DNA of 32,344 nt, counting the filler, from Vicugna vicugna (Eukaryota), in the NCBI GenBank assembly GCA_013265495.1. It is 2 parts of 2 records of this genome, joined end to end, with 100 filler letters (N's around TTAATTAATTAA, not from the genome) between each part and the next. Parts side by side here need not be neighbours in the genome. Positions count along the whole stretch, not along the records: positions 1 to 17,209 come from MU062907.1; 1 more part is not named here. One strand, given 5' to 3'. Positions 1 through 11,927 of this stretch are shown here, one piece after another (position 1 is the stretch's first letter; each line of letters opens with the position of its first letter). The translations under genes and the position numbers were made by a program. The notes below the pieces were generated by a model. It did not search any database, was not told the DNA's origin, and worked only from the letters and a program-made list of their open reading frames with translations.

Positions 1-1776
1 ATTAATAATAGTAGTAGTTTAATAAATGATATAATTATAATACTGTGTGTTACAAATAAAAGCTAGATTTCCTAGCCCTCACCCAATGCCCTTTTCAGCA
101 TCCATGGGTCAACAACATTTTAGAGTTCTGATCTTCTTCATCTCTTATGACAGAAAATTTAAGAGAAAATAAAACAATAGCCCCTGGCTTCTGGTTATGA
201 AGATATTAGAACTTTTACTGATGTGCAAAAGGAATTCTGAAAGGTTGGGACCTGTCTTCACTGGAGATGGAAGTGATGATACTGAAAAGGTGACCAGGTG
301 TTATGGGCTGAATTGTGTCTGCCTCTAAAATTTATCTGTTGAAGCCCTAACCCTGCACTACCTCAAAATGTGACCGTATTTGGAGAGATTTTCGTAATAA
401 AGGAGGTAATTAGGTAGAATGAGGTCATTAGGATGGGCTCTCCTCCAATGACTGGGGTCCTTATGAGAAGAGGAGGTCAGGGCAGATGCACACGGAGGAA
501 AGAGCTCGTGAAGATACAGGCAGATGGCGGCCGTCCACAAGCCAGGGAGAGAGACCTCAGATGGAGCTACCCCTGCCCACACCTTGATCCTGAACTTCTA
601 GCCTCCAGAACCATGAGAGTAAATTTCTGTTGTTTATGGAAGCCCTAGAAAGCTAACACACCACAGCTGGGAGTTTTTCTAATGATTTTAATGGTGATGC
701 AGAACTCAAATGGTATTATTGAATAGAACAGAACTGGGATTCAAATTCAGGTAACCCTCACTCTGAGGTCGATATAAATGGCAAATGTTCATTGTTCACC
801 ACCTTGAACTGTTTTGAAACAATGGCTCTCAAAAGGCTATTAAAGAACATTACGGGATTTTTTTTTTTTTTAGAAAGATGGCTTTCTTGGTGGCGTGGAG
901 GGGTGAGCAGGAAGCTTCTATGTGCATCCATCTCTTTATCCTTCTGTCTTAGCAACCAAGGCTTTGGCTGAAGGCACAAGCCTGGCTTCTGTTCCTCTTC
1001 CCGGTGTTTCCTCCAAACCAAGTGCTCCTGGAGGGCAAAGCGGAGGAGCCGGGTCCCCAGGGCTCTGTGAGCTGCATAAGCACATTCTTGTGTGGGAAGC
1101 TCCCTGCGTGCACACTGGGTCGAGGACTTGAAACTTCCTGTCGTGACTTTGTGTGTAATAACAGCCCATTTTCCCGGGCTGCATCCAGAGACCCAGATGC
1201 GCTTCCAGCAGGCAAGGCCCCTCATCCAGGCAGTCAGAGGGGGCTGGGGAGAATCCGTGCCCTGCTCGAGGAGCCAGAGTGCAGACAGGGAAATAGGGTG
1301 CAAAGCCTGCTTTAAGGAGAATTCCTCATTCCAGGGGTCTTGAAGGGCAGAGTATCTTAATCCTCAGGCCAACGGCTCACATTTGTATATAAACTTTTTA
1401 CAAGCATCATCCTATTCGGTCCTATTAGATCTGCCCGTTACCCCAGTTTATGGGTGAGGGAAGTGATGTCTCATGGGGACACCTGCACTGCCAGTCACGT
1501 GAATGATGTGACGATGCATGCTGAGCAGACACCTTAAGGCAGCAGCGTACAGGTTCCTGTGACAGCCTTGTCTCGGCATTTGTCTTGGGCCCCTGTCTTC
1601 ACAGCCAAGCTGGGCTGACGAGCGTGTTCAGCTGACACAGCGGTTCCTGGGGGCACACGGGGACCAGGGCTGTGTGCACGCATGAAGGGTGGGATGGGGC
1701 GCAGGTCCTCCAGAAGGGCGCTGGCCTGGCAGTCCTCTACATTTGAGCCTGTAGTCTTGGCAGGCAAAGATAAATG
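1..1776. repeat. Copy 1 of a 1776-bp near-identical direct duplication
   Basis: Matches 2293-4068 at offset 2292; I count 6 differing nt (172, 399, 574, 766-767, 997); ends at an N gap. Confidence 0.97.
299..660 (+). mobile_element. MaLR solo LTR, MLT1A/B-like
   Basis: Starts TGTTATGGGCTGAATTGTGTC; MLT1 core (aatgtgaccgtatttgga, ctagcctccagaac); ends CTAACACA. Confidence 0.85.
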
Positions 1777-2292
1777 NNNNNNNNNNNNNNNNNNNNNNNN
1801 NNNNNNNNNNNNNNNNNNNNNNNNNNNNNNNNNNNNNNNNNNNNNNNNNNNNNNNNNNNNNNNNNNNNNNNNNNNNNNNNNNNNNNNNNNNNNNNNNNNN
1901 NNNNNNNNNNNNNNNNNNNNNNNNNNNNNNNNNNNNNNNNNNNNNNNNNNNNNNNNNNNNNNNNNNNNNNNNNNNNNNNNNNNNNNNNNNNNNNNNNNNN
2001 NNNNNNNNNNNNNNNNNNNNNNNNNNNNNNNNNNNNNNNNNNNNNNNNNNNNNNNNNNNNNNNNNNNNNNNNNNNNNNNNNNNNNNNNNNNNNNNNNNNN
2101 NNNNNNNNNNNNNNNNNNNNNNNNNNNNNNNNNNNNNNNNNNNNNNNNNNNNNNNNNNNNNNNNNNNNNNNNNNNNNNNNNNNNNNNNNNNNNNNNNNNN
2201 NNNNNNNNNNNNNNNNNNNNNNNNNNNNNNNNNNNNNNNNNNNNNNNNNNNNNNNNNNNNNNNNNNNNNNNNNNNNNNNNNNNNNNNNNNNN
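1777..2292. other. Assembly gap (516 N)
   Basis: N run between the two duplicate copies. Confidence 0.99.
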
Positions 2293-4068
2293 ATTAATAA
2301 TAGTAGTAGTTTAATAAATGATATAATTATAATACTGTGTGTTACAAATAAAAGCTAGATTTCCTAGCCCTCACCCAATGCCCTTTTCAGCATCCATGGG
2401 TCAACAACATTTTAGAGTTCTGATCTTCTTCATCTCTTATGACAGAAAATTTAAGAGAAAATAGAACAATAGCCCCTGGCTTCTGGTTATGAAGATATTA
2501 GAACTTTTACTGATGTGCAAAAGGAATTCTGAAAGGTTGGGACCTGTCTTCACTGGAGATGGAAGTGATGATACTGAAAAGGTGACCAGGTGTTATGGGC
2601 TGAATTGTGTCTGCCTCTAAAATTTATCTGTTGAAGCCCTAACCCTGCACTACCTCAAAATGTGACCGTATTTGGAGAGATTTTCGTAATGAAGGAGGTA
2701 ATTAGGTAGAATGAGGTCATTAGGATGGGCTCTCCTCCAATGACTGGGGTCCTTATGAGAAGAGGAGGTCAGGGCAGATGCACACGGAGGAAAGAGCTCG
2801 TGAAGATACAGGCAGATGGCGGCCGTCCACAAGCCAGGGAGAGAGACCTCAGATGGAGCTACCCCCGCCCACACCTTGATCCTGAACTTCTAGCCTCCAG
2901 AACCATGAGAGTAAATTTCTGTTGTTTATGGAAGCCCTAGAAAGCTAACACACCACAGCTGGGAGTTTTTCTAATGATTTTAATGGTGATGCAGAACTCA
3001 AATGGTATTATTGAATAGAACAGAACTGGGATTCAAATTCAGGTAACCCTCACTCTGGAGTCGATATAAATGGCAAATGTTCATTGTTCACCACCTTGAA
3101 CTGTTTTGAAACAATGGCTCTCAAAAGGCTATTAAAGAACATTACGGGATTTTTTTTTTTTTTAGAAAGATGGCTTTCTTGGTGGCGTGGAGGGGTGAGC
3201 AGGAAGCTTCTATGTGCATCCATCTCTTTATCCTTCTGTCTTAGCAACCAAGGCTTTGGCTGAAGGCACAAGCCTGGCTTCTGTTCCTTTTCCCGGTGTT
3301 TCCTCCAAACCAAGTGCTCCTGGAGGGCAAAGCGGAGGAGCCGGGTCCCCAGGGCTCTGTGAGCTGCATAAGCACATTCTTGTGTGGGAAGCTCCCTGCG
3401 TGCACACTGGGTCGAGGACTTGAAACTTCCTGTCGTGACTTTGTGTGTAATAACAGCCCATTTTCCCGGGCTGCATCCAGAGACCCAGATGCGCTTCCAG
3501 CAGGCAAGGCCCCTCATCCAGGCAGTCAGAGGGGGCTGGGGAGAATCCGTGCCCTGCTCGAGGAGCCAGAGTGCAGACAGGGAAATAGGGTGCAAAGCCT
3601 GCTTTAAGGAGAATTCCTCATTCCAGGGGTCTTGAAGGGCAGAGTATCTTAATCCTCAGGCCAACGGCTCACATTTGTATATAAACTTTTTACAAGCATC
3701 ATCCTATTCGGTCCTATTAGATCTGCCCGTTACCCCAGTTTATGGGTGAGGGAAGTGATGTCTCATGGGGACACCTGCACTGCCAGTCACGTGAATGATG
3801 TGACGATGCATGCTGAGCAGACACCTTAAGGCAGCAGCGTACAGGTTCCTGTGACAGCCTTGTCTCGGCATTTGTCTTGGGCCCCTGTCTTCACAGCCAA
3901 GCTGGGCTGACGAGCGTGTTCAGCTGACACAGCGGTTCCTGGGGGCACACGGGGACCAGGGCTGTGTGCACGCATGAAGGGTGGGATGGGGCGCAGGTCC
4001 TCCAGAAGGGCGCTGGCCTGGCAGTCCTCTACATTTGAGCCTGTAGTCTTGGCAGGCAAAGATAAATG
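2293..4068. repeat. Copy 2 of the 1776-bp duplication
   Basis: Matches 1-1776, then continues into unique sequence. Confidence 0.97.
2591..2952 (+). mobile_element. MLT1A/B-like LTR (duplicate of 299-660)
   Basis: Same element within copy 2. Confidence 0.85.
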
Positions 4069-5324
4069 TGACAGAATGGTCTGATGATGCGATTAGATGC
4101 GTAGTGCACCACGACGTAGACTTAATAATTCCAGACTTGGTACAGTTCTCCCAAGGTAATACCCCTGTTTACAGTTACCCAGTGCCACCCACCACCTAGA
4201 CTAGAGAAAGAAAGTAATTTTAGAATGGAAATCTGGGCTACTGTTACTAAATTTGTAGCCTACTGGTTCTCTCCATCTCTAAATTTTTTCACTATTGATT
4301 TGTTTTTTTTTTTATCTACAAGAGAGCTTTCCATCTGCCATAGGTAATAAGAATGGCTTCAGTTAGGAATAAAGAGCCATCTTAAGGTGAACTTCTTGGC
4401 AAATCTGTTGAGATCTCAGAATCCCCTTCTCCCCTCTGTCTCTGCGTTTTGACCAAGTTACTTGTAACAAGCATGGCAGACCTGAACTTCCTCTTTCTTA
4501 ATGGGCTTCACTGCCGTTTCTGCTCCACCCAGATCCCTGTTGGAAAGTCATCGGCAGCCCATATGGCTCCTTGGTGTCAGCTGAACACCATGTCCACTGC
4601 GGGCTGGCGCATCCCTGCAGGCTCCGGGCTTAGCGAGCTGAGCATGCCTCTGTGTGGAGGAAAAGGTGCCCTTCCCTGGGGTGAGCAGTCAGGTGGAGTC
4701 TCGGAGGGCAAGGTGCCCCTGGAAGACAGCAGAGTGAGGGAGCTGTGTTCGCCCCTTCAGCGGTACAGCTGCACAGGCAGCCCGGAGGCAGGAGGCACTC
4801 ACCCCCGGGGTTCCAAATGGAGAGCTTTCTCTGCCCCTTCTGATCCTCTCCGCAGGGTCTCTAACCATTGCCCCACCCCACCTTGCCCCCAGCCCCTATC
4901 AGTTCGGTGGTCCAGGAAGCACCCTCTGCCTCGCCTTGTACCCACTAACTCTTTTCCTATCCGATGTGAATTCACTCATGCTCGTTCCCTCCTCACTCCA
5001 CTGCAATTTCCAGTAATTCTCTATTTCCAATTGGCCAAGCTTGGCTATTAGTATGTGAAGCAGACCCATTTGCAGAAAGTCAATTTGTCAGATGAACGAG
5101 TTACCCAATTACTGAAGATTGTTAAAAGTGTTAGCGTTGCCCTAATGTGCCCCAACTCCATCTACCCCCAGAAGCTGTCAGAAAAATGATTTCCTTGGAC
5201 GCGAGACAGTTTGCAGAGTCACAGTAAAAGGCAGGAGCAAAAGCAGAAGCAAGTTACTTTGCTGTAAAAAGGGAAGAATGCTATCTCGTTCTGGGAGCTT
5301 TGTTAGGATTAACTCCTTTAATAC

Positions 5325-5385
5325 AAAAAAGCACTTAGAACAGCCTGGCCGGCGATATCCAGCATCCAATAAATGCTAGTGATTA
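5325..5385 (+). mobile_element. MIR 3' end fragment
   Basis: aaagcacttagaacagcctgg...caataaatgctag resembles the MIR/L2-like tail. Confidence 0.55.
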
Positions 5386-5544
5386 TAACCACTCTGATCA
5401 TTACTATTCTTAATTTCGCACACACATTTAAATAATATAAAGTAAACCATACATTAGATGAAAAATTAAAATAACAATTTAAACAAGAATGCCAGGAAAA
5501 GAAGATACGGCCAATTCAGAGGTCCATACCCTTGGTTTCATCAT

Positions 5545-6075
5545 TTACTCGGGGAGGCAAGAGGGGCTGGAGACTGAGTTCAGTCACCAATGGCCACTGA
5601 TTTAATCAATTGTGGTTATGAAATGAAGCCTCCATAAAAGCCAAAAGAACGAGGTTCAGAGAGCTTCCGGCTGGTGAACACATGGAGGTGTTGGAGCTGG
5701 GGGAACGTGGAAATTCCCCATCTCTTCCCATGTATCTTGCCCGATGTAGCTCTTCCACCTGGATGTTGCTGAGTTGTATCCTTTTCTAATAAACCGATGA
5801 TCTAGTAAGTTAAACGTTTCCCTGAATTCTGTGAGCTACTCTAGCAAATTAATCAAATCCAAGGAGAAGGTGATGGGGACCTCTGATCTATAGCCAGTCG
5901 GTCAGAGACACAGGTGACAACCTGCACTTGGAATTGGCATCTGAAGTGGTGGAGGGGGGAGCAGTCTTGTGGGACTGAGCCCCGAGCATGGGGTTCTGAT
6001 ACTGTCTCCCAGTAGAGTGTCAGAATTAACTGCTCTGTGGTGTTAAGAAAAACACACATTGGACATACTAATTTC
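5545..6075 (+). mobile_element. MER21-like LTR
   Basis: gagagcttccggctggtgaacacatggagg, ctgagttgtatcc...aataaacc, gcagtcttgtgggactgagccc and gtgtcagaatt match recalled MER21B/C. Confidence 0.8.
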
Positions 6076-6126
6076 AGGTGTTCGAATGAAAAAAAAAAGT
6101 TGCCTCTTAGAGGTAGAATACTAATT

Positions 6127-6295
6127 GTGAGCCTAAGCAAATGACTTAACCTTGTGGAGCCTCAGTTTCCTCATCTGTAAAATGGAGATAATACCAGTAA
6201 CTACCTTATAGCTTATTGTGAAACTTAATTGACATATTGCTGGTAAAGCAGTCTATCATGCTTAGGAAATAGAAAGCACTCGATAAATGAATTAT
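6127..6295 (+). mobile_element. MIR SINE
   Basis: Core gcctcagtttcctcatctgtaaaatggagataat. Confidence 0.85.
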
Positions 6296-7847
6296 GTTTT
6301 TAAAAATGTCCCTTACAAATGTAGCTCTTCTAAAACACTCAGCTGCAGGAGGAAGAATCAGCACTGTAACATTTTGCTGTATCTTGGGTGAAATTCACTT
6401 GTGCTAAGTAACGGTATCATTGACAACATAACTACTCAGCTGCTGGATGCCATATGATTTCTATGTATTTTATTTTGTCAGTAACCCTCAAATGCTCTGG
6501 GGGATGAGTTCCAATATTCTCAGAAGAGCAAGGAAAACACACAGTAACAACTATCAATGATTAAATAAGCAGCACGGATTGAAAGCCAAACAATTGATGT
6601 GCATAACATTGGGTCCAATACTGTGAAGTCTTACATGAGAAACTTGGAGATGGTAGCCTTATTCTGAAGGTATTAGTTTTGCTTCATAACCAGCATTTCC
6701 ACGGGTGAATAAACTCAGTATTAAAGAGAGTGGTAGAGGCTTTTTCTGATCAGGGTTTGTTTTTTTTTTCATTGAAGGTCATATCCAGCCCTAAAATAGA
6801 CACTCTACTTAATCCAGACCACCTGCTTCCTGGTGGTCAAGCTCCAATTCCCGCCGAATGTGTCTGGTGTCAGCCCCAGGCTAGCTGACAGGCAAAAGGC
6901 TGCCCTGTTTTGCAGCCAGAAAGGAGTGATTTCTAAGGGAAATAAGGGTTTTGCATCCTCGTCGAAAGGCAGTAATGATAAAAAAAAAAAAAAGTAAGAA
7001 GCAGAGGTACAGGTAAATGCATCATTAGTCAAGCCTCGGTTTTAGAGCAGTCACATGGCAACATTTCCTCTGCTGGCTGATGTACCAGGAGTATTTTGGA
7101 AACAGACCATGTGATACAGGCTGAAGACGTTCCAGTGCCTGATGCTCAGAAACTGCAAGCTTCCAGCCAGAATGGGCCGTTTTAGGCTAACGTTCTACAG
7201 GGCAGAGCATACGTTTAAGTAAGATGAAAGGATGGGGAATGCGTGACCCTATGACCTTCCCCCCATTCACATAGAGGCCCCTACATGGAACAGGAGGAAG
7301 TTTTTCCTCTCAGCAATCTCACCGGCAGTACATCCTTCACACGTATCCAATATGCCCACTGAGGGACCTTTTAGGCTTTTAGGAAGAGAAGAGGGTTTTC
7401 TAAATAGAAAGGAGAGTTTAAAATAAGTGAGGAAATTCAACTAGGGAGACTCATTCCTTAACACACTGAAACTGGAGATTCTTAGGAGACCCCAGTCCCA
7501 AAGTTACTCCCAAGAGATCTTATAAATGTTGAGCTGATGACAGAGGACCCTGAATTCACTCCAGGCAAAGACCAGGTGATGTGTGGCCTCCAGGCGTCCT
7601 CAGGGCAAGCAGGTGGGGTGCGACCCAGGGTTGTGGGGGAGGCATCTATCTGCAGATATTTCTCCACTTTGACACTGAATCAGAAAAGGCAAAATTGGTG
7701 ATTTTTTTTCCTGGACCCACACCTGTCTTCTCTTCTTAAACTGTGTCCTTGGAAATTTTATTTGAATCCATCATTACTTAGAGATCACTTTCTGCATTTC
7801 AGTCCTCCTCTGCGTGAGGCCAAGGCCAATACAGCACTGAGCAGATT

Positions 7848-8005
7848 GGACAGACTTGCTTTAGTTCCCAGCCCTGCTGCATCGAAACATTGATTTCCTC
7901 ATCTGTAAAATCGATAGAGTAGTACTTAATCCAAGAGCCGATTTAAGATTTAAAGGAGATCACAGGTACAAAATGCTTGGCACAATGCCTGACAGAATAA
8001 ATGGT
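7848..8005 (+). mobile_element. MIR SINE (degraded)
   Basis: tttcctcatctgtaaaat core; aatgcttggcacaatgcctg tail. Confidence 0.7.
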
Positions 8006-8538
8006 ATCTGTTGCTCATTAATGGTGGTCACTGTTATGATGTTAATAATGACACCGATCAAGGATCCAGGATGATGGTTGAATGTGATGGGCTGGGCAGG
8101 ACGGGAGGACACTGATCAGTAAATTGGGAGATAAGAGCAGAAATGGAAGTCAAAGGGCCAACTTTGATCAGTAGTCAGGCTTGCCTGACAGCAAATCTCT
8201 ATCCTGCTACCAGCGTCCCCGTGCCCCCTTTTAAGGCTCTGCCTCCTCACCCATCCCAGACCTGTACTCTTAGGTGACCAGGGCCCCTCACTGTACTATT
8301 CCGCAGTGACATTCCCCATTTGATCCATCCCTCCACCCACAGCACGGCTTATCCGGGCACGATCCCATTCCTTCATTACACAGCTTCCTGCTGGGAGTCA
8401 GATACCTGCATGCTATAAAGACGGTGTTACTGATGGTGGGAGCCTTCATGGATGTCTCTCAGTAAGGTCACACTTGTGGTTCATATCCCAAAGGCTCCTG
8501 GTGGACATTCCTCAATCTTCTATGAGTCTGAAAGGGAG

Positions 8539-8586
8539 TTTTTTTTAAAAATTTTTTATTAAAGTACAGTCAGTTACAATGTTAAT
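8539..8586 (-). mobile_element. Very short L1 3' end
   Basis: ttttttattaaagtacagtcagttacaatgtt, similar to the L1 end at 15041. Confidence 0.55.
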
Positions 8587-8978
8587 CAGAGATGTTCTCA
8601 GGACTCTTTAAACCAAGTCCTCAAGTGCTTACCTTCTTTGCCTGTGTATAGACTCCGCTCTTAAAGTAGGCTGAGAGTGATCCATGGATTAAGGAAGTCT
8701 TAAACTCCTCCGATTTGTTCATGACTAAGCCACTGTTGTATTGAGATTGTTTTTTTGGTAATATCTTCAGGCTGAGTTTTCCCCATCTGAAAAATGGGTT
8801 TAGAACATAAATCCAGTTTCTATCTCGTGGGCATCTCTTATCCTAAATGAGTGAATACCTGATCAACCAGCAAGTAGGGAGGCCAGACAGTGCAGTGGTG
8901 CTGACTGGAGACAGGAGAGAGGAGAAGGTAGACTTAATATTATCCTTAGTCATGACTTGAGCCAAACTTAGCAGATTT

Positions 8979-9164
8979 AGAACCATGTTTAATAATCCTG
9001 TCTACATATTAGAATTAACTGGAAAGTTTTTTAAGGAAAAAAAATCTTAGGCTCCACCCTCTAAGATTCTGATTCAGTTGGTATGGGGTGGGATTTGAGC
9101 ACCAGAATTTTTAAAGAAGATCCTGGAGGAGATTCTGTTGTGTAGCCAAGACAGAGAACCACTG
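8979..9164. mobile_element. MER5A-like hAT-Charlie DNA transposon
   Basis: ggctccaccctctaagattctgattcagttggtatggggtggg core; ends gagaaccactg. Confidence 0.7.
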
Positions 9165-9472
9165 TCTTGGGGCAGCACTGGTAATACAAAGTAGGTGGAA
9201 AATGGTACCATATTAGGCAGGTCTTAGTTGTGACCAATAGCTGGGCCCAGCTCCATATTATGGAAGCATTTAGTAACTGGTGTTCAATGGGTTTCATAGC
9301 ATGGTCATGGTCTAGGGAGGAGAACTCTTAGACAGAAGACAAGGCTCACAAGAACCACTGAACAGTGGATTGGAGAAGCCCTCAAAAATCATCTAACTTT
9401 AATCCTCTTCCTTATCACTGTGTGAACACTGGCAATTCAGTTTGTCTCTGAGCCTTGGTTTCACTATCCATT

Positions 9473-9617
9473 NNNNNNNNNNNNNNNNNNNNNNNNNNNN
9501 NNNNNNNNNNNNNNNNNNNNNNNNNNNNNNNNNNNNNNNNNNNNNNNNNNNNNNNNNNNNNNNNNNNNNNNNNNNNNNNNNNNNNNNNNNNNNNNNNNNN
9601 NNNNNNNNNNNNNNNNN
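9473..9617. other. Assembly gap (145 N)
   Basis: N run. Confidence 0.99.
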
Positions 9618-10120
9618 AACTATAATTCAAAAAGATACATGCACCCCAATATTCATAGCAGTGCTATTTACAATAGTCAAAGCATGGAAACAACCTAAAT
9701 GTCCACAGACAGATGACTGGATAAAGAAGATGCGGTAAATTTATACAATGGAATACTACTCAGCCATAAAGAAGAATAAAAGGCCATTTGCAGCAACGTG
9801 GATGGTCCTGGAGATCGTCATTCAAAGTGAAGTAAGTCAGAAAGAGAAAGAAAAATATACGAGAGCACTTATATGTGGAATCTAAAAAAATGAGACAAAT
9901 GAATTTATTTACAAAACAGAAGTAGACTCACAAACATAGAAAACAAACTTGTGGTTATCAGGGGTGGAAAGGGAGGGGTGGAGGGATAAATTGGGAGTTT
10001 GGGATTTGCAGATACTAACTACTATATATAAAATGGATAAACAGCAAGGCCCTACTGTATAGCACAGGGAACTATATTCTATACCTTGTAATAGCATATA
10101 ATGAAAAAGAATATTAAAAG

Positions 10121-10181
<61 letters not shown>

Positions 10182-10261
10182 ACACATATATATATGTATG
10201 TATTACTATGCTGTACACCAGAAATTTACACAACATTGTAAACTAATTATACTTCAATAAA
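9618..10261 (+). mobile_element. L1 3' portion (ORF2 C-terminus with premature stop, plus 3' UTR)
   Basis: Translates TIIQKDTCTPIFIAVLFTIVKAWKQPKCPQTDDWIKKMR*, then frame continues IYTMEYYSAIKKN; L1 3' UTR ending acttcaataaa. Confidence 0.93.
10123..10178. repeat. (AT)28 microsatellite inside the L1 3' UTR
   Basis: Perfect AT run. Confidence 0.95.
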
Positions 10262-10969
10262 TCACCCAGCCAGCCACCTAATACAAAATAATAAAAATAA
10301 AATAAACAGGATAGATTAGACAAGTTCAAGGGTGTCTTCCTGTACTATTGTTCTGTGACCCTAAGATAGTTTTCAGGCATTGGAGGAAAGAGGTTGATGT
10401 TACCCTTGGGTGTGTGCTCTGCTCACTCCTCATCTGAAGTCAGTCAGCGGCTCTCCCTGTTGCTGACGAAGTGCCAGCCTTGAGCAACAGCTGAATCTCC
10501 ATCCTTGGGGCCGCCCTTCACCCAGCCTTCTCCATCGGGATGAAAGCTTTCATTTAATTCTTGTATAGGCAGCCCGTGTGAATTGCAGGCACAGCCTCTA
10601 AGTGATCTCTCTGCTCCCCGGCAAGCAGACGGCCTGACCGCTGATGGCAACTGCAGAGGAAGTGGTGGAATGTGGAAGTTTACATGACATCAGTGCACAC
10701 ACATCCTCCTGTCTCGAGCCAGGAACCCAGGCATCAGCTACTGTCATGGGGCTCCTTGTCCTCCCCTTCTCCAGAGCCCTAGGCTGCCTGGGAGTCTCCT
10801 GGTCCATGCTTGTCTGAGAGGATGGGCCTCTAAGCAGAACTCAAAAGAATTGGTTGAAACGAAAGTAACAAAAAAGTTTATTGCTTACATCGTCCGCAGC
10901 AAGCTCTGTACCAGAGATACACTCCATTCCTCCAGTCCTCAGATGCACCAAGATCCATTCGAAGGGACC

Positions 10970-11280
10970 TGCTCTGGTCTGAACATGTGTGCTCTGTCCT
11001 CCTTCCAAATTTGTATGTGGAAGTCCTACCCCACGACAGAGATGATGGTGTTAAGAGATGTGGCCTTTGGGAGTTAAGTCAGTCGTAAAGATGTCTTACA
11101 AAAAAGGCCCCACAGAGCTCCTTACCCGCTTCTGCCACATGTGGATAGACAGAGAAGTGTGCAACCCGGAAGAGGATCTTTGCCCCACCTCTTATCTCAG
11201 ACTCCAGCCTCCAGAACTGAGACAAATAAATAGCACTTAGGCTGTGGTATTTTGTTACAGCAGCTCAACAGAGGGAGACG
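10970..11280 (+). mobile_element. MaLR solo LTR, MLT1A/MST-like
   Basis: tgctctggtctgaa start; ctccagcctccagaactg; tgtggtattttgttacagcagc; flanks GGACC/GGACT look like a diverged 5-bp TSD. Confidence 0.75.
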
Positions 11281-11811
11281 GGACTTGTCGCAGCCAGCCC
11301 CCTAATGCAGAGTGTCCTGTCCAGTGCACAGACATGGAAAACCATTCGATCTGCCTCATACTTAGGAGAAAATGCTCTGACATGTGCCAGCCCATGAGGA
11401 AATGGAGAATGTTGGTAGGAAGAGGGCCAGGAGTTTCAAAGTGCATGTTGTAGACATCTTCAGGTCCTTGGTACCTTTGCAGGCAGAAGAGAGAGTGAGG
11501 TGAAGGCGGTGGGTGGCTGGGAAAAGGCAGATTCAGCAGATCCTGCCCTTGGAAGGGCTTTGAAAGTAACAGTGGGAGCTCCAGGGTCCAACAGAGCTCC
11601 AATGGCATAGGTCAGTCTGGTTCTGCCTTCCAGAAACTGGCTCCCAGGTTCAGGTGAGGCCGGGAGCTATGCTCCAAGCACCCCTTAGGTGGCCTTTTAG
11701 GGCACTGAAGACAGGGACATCAGATCCCAGATTTTCTTTCCTAAACTTTCCTTGGATTCATGAGGACCTGGAGTCCTGGAGAAACTCTTTATGTTCTTTA
11801 TTTTTTTAGCA

Positions 11812-11927
11812 CCTTTTTTTTTAATGGTATGATTCCTGTACAGTAAACTACACATATTTCAGATGTACAATCTGATGAATTTTGATAGATGTCTACACCC
11901 ATGAAAACCATCACCACAATCAAGATG
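11812..11927 (-). mobile_element. Old L1M 3' end fragment
   Basis: tacagtaaactacacatatttcagatgtacaatctgatgaattttga...accatcaccacaatcaagat. Confidence 0.7.

Noticed and set aside
758-1343. Cluster of overlapping 69-181 aa ORFs, repeated at 3050-3635
   Set aside because: No recognisable domain or exon structure; recurrence is due to the duplication
1682-2358. Long ORFs of 194-210 aa, and similar ones at 9415-9738 and 31842-32264
   Set aside because: Made mostly of N-derived X residues; not genes
4449-5051. 200-aa + strand ORF
   Set aside because: Begins at a non-ATG codon (TTG), GC-rich, no similarity to any family I recognise
10742-11456. Older LTR with the MLT1 nested inside it
   Set aside because: An LTR-like gtaagcaataaac on the minus strand and TG/CA ends are present, but no TSD and no family match I can defend
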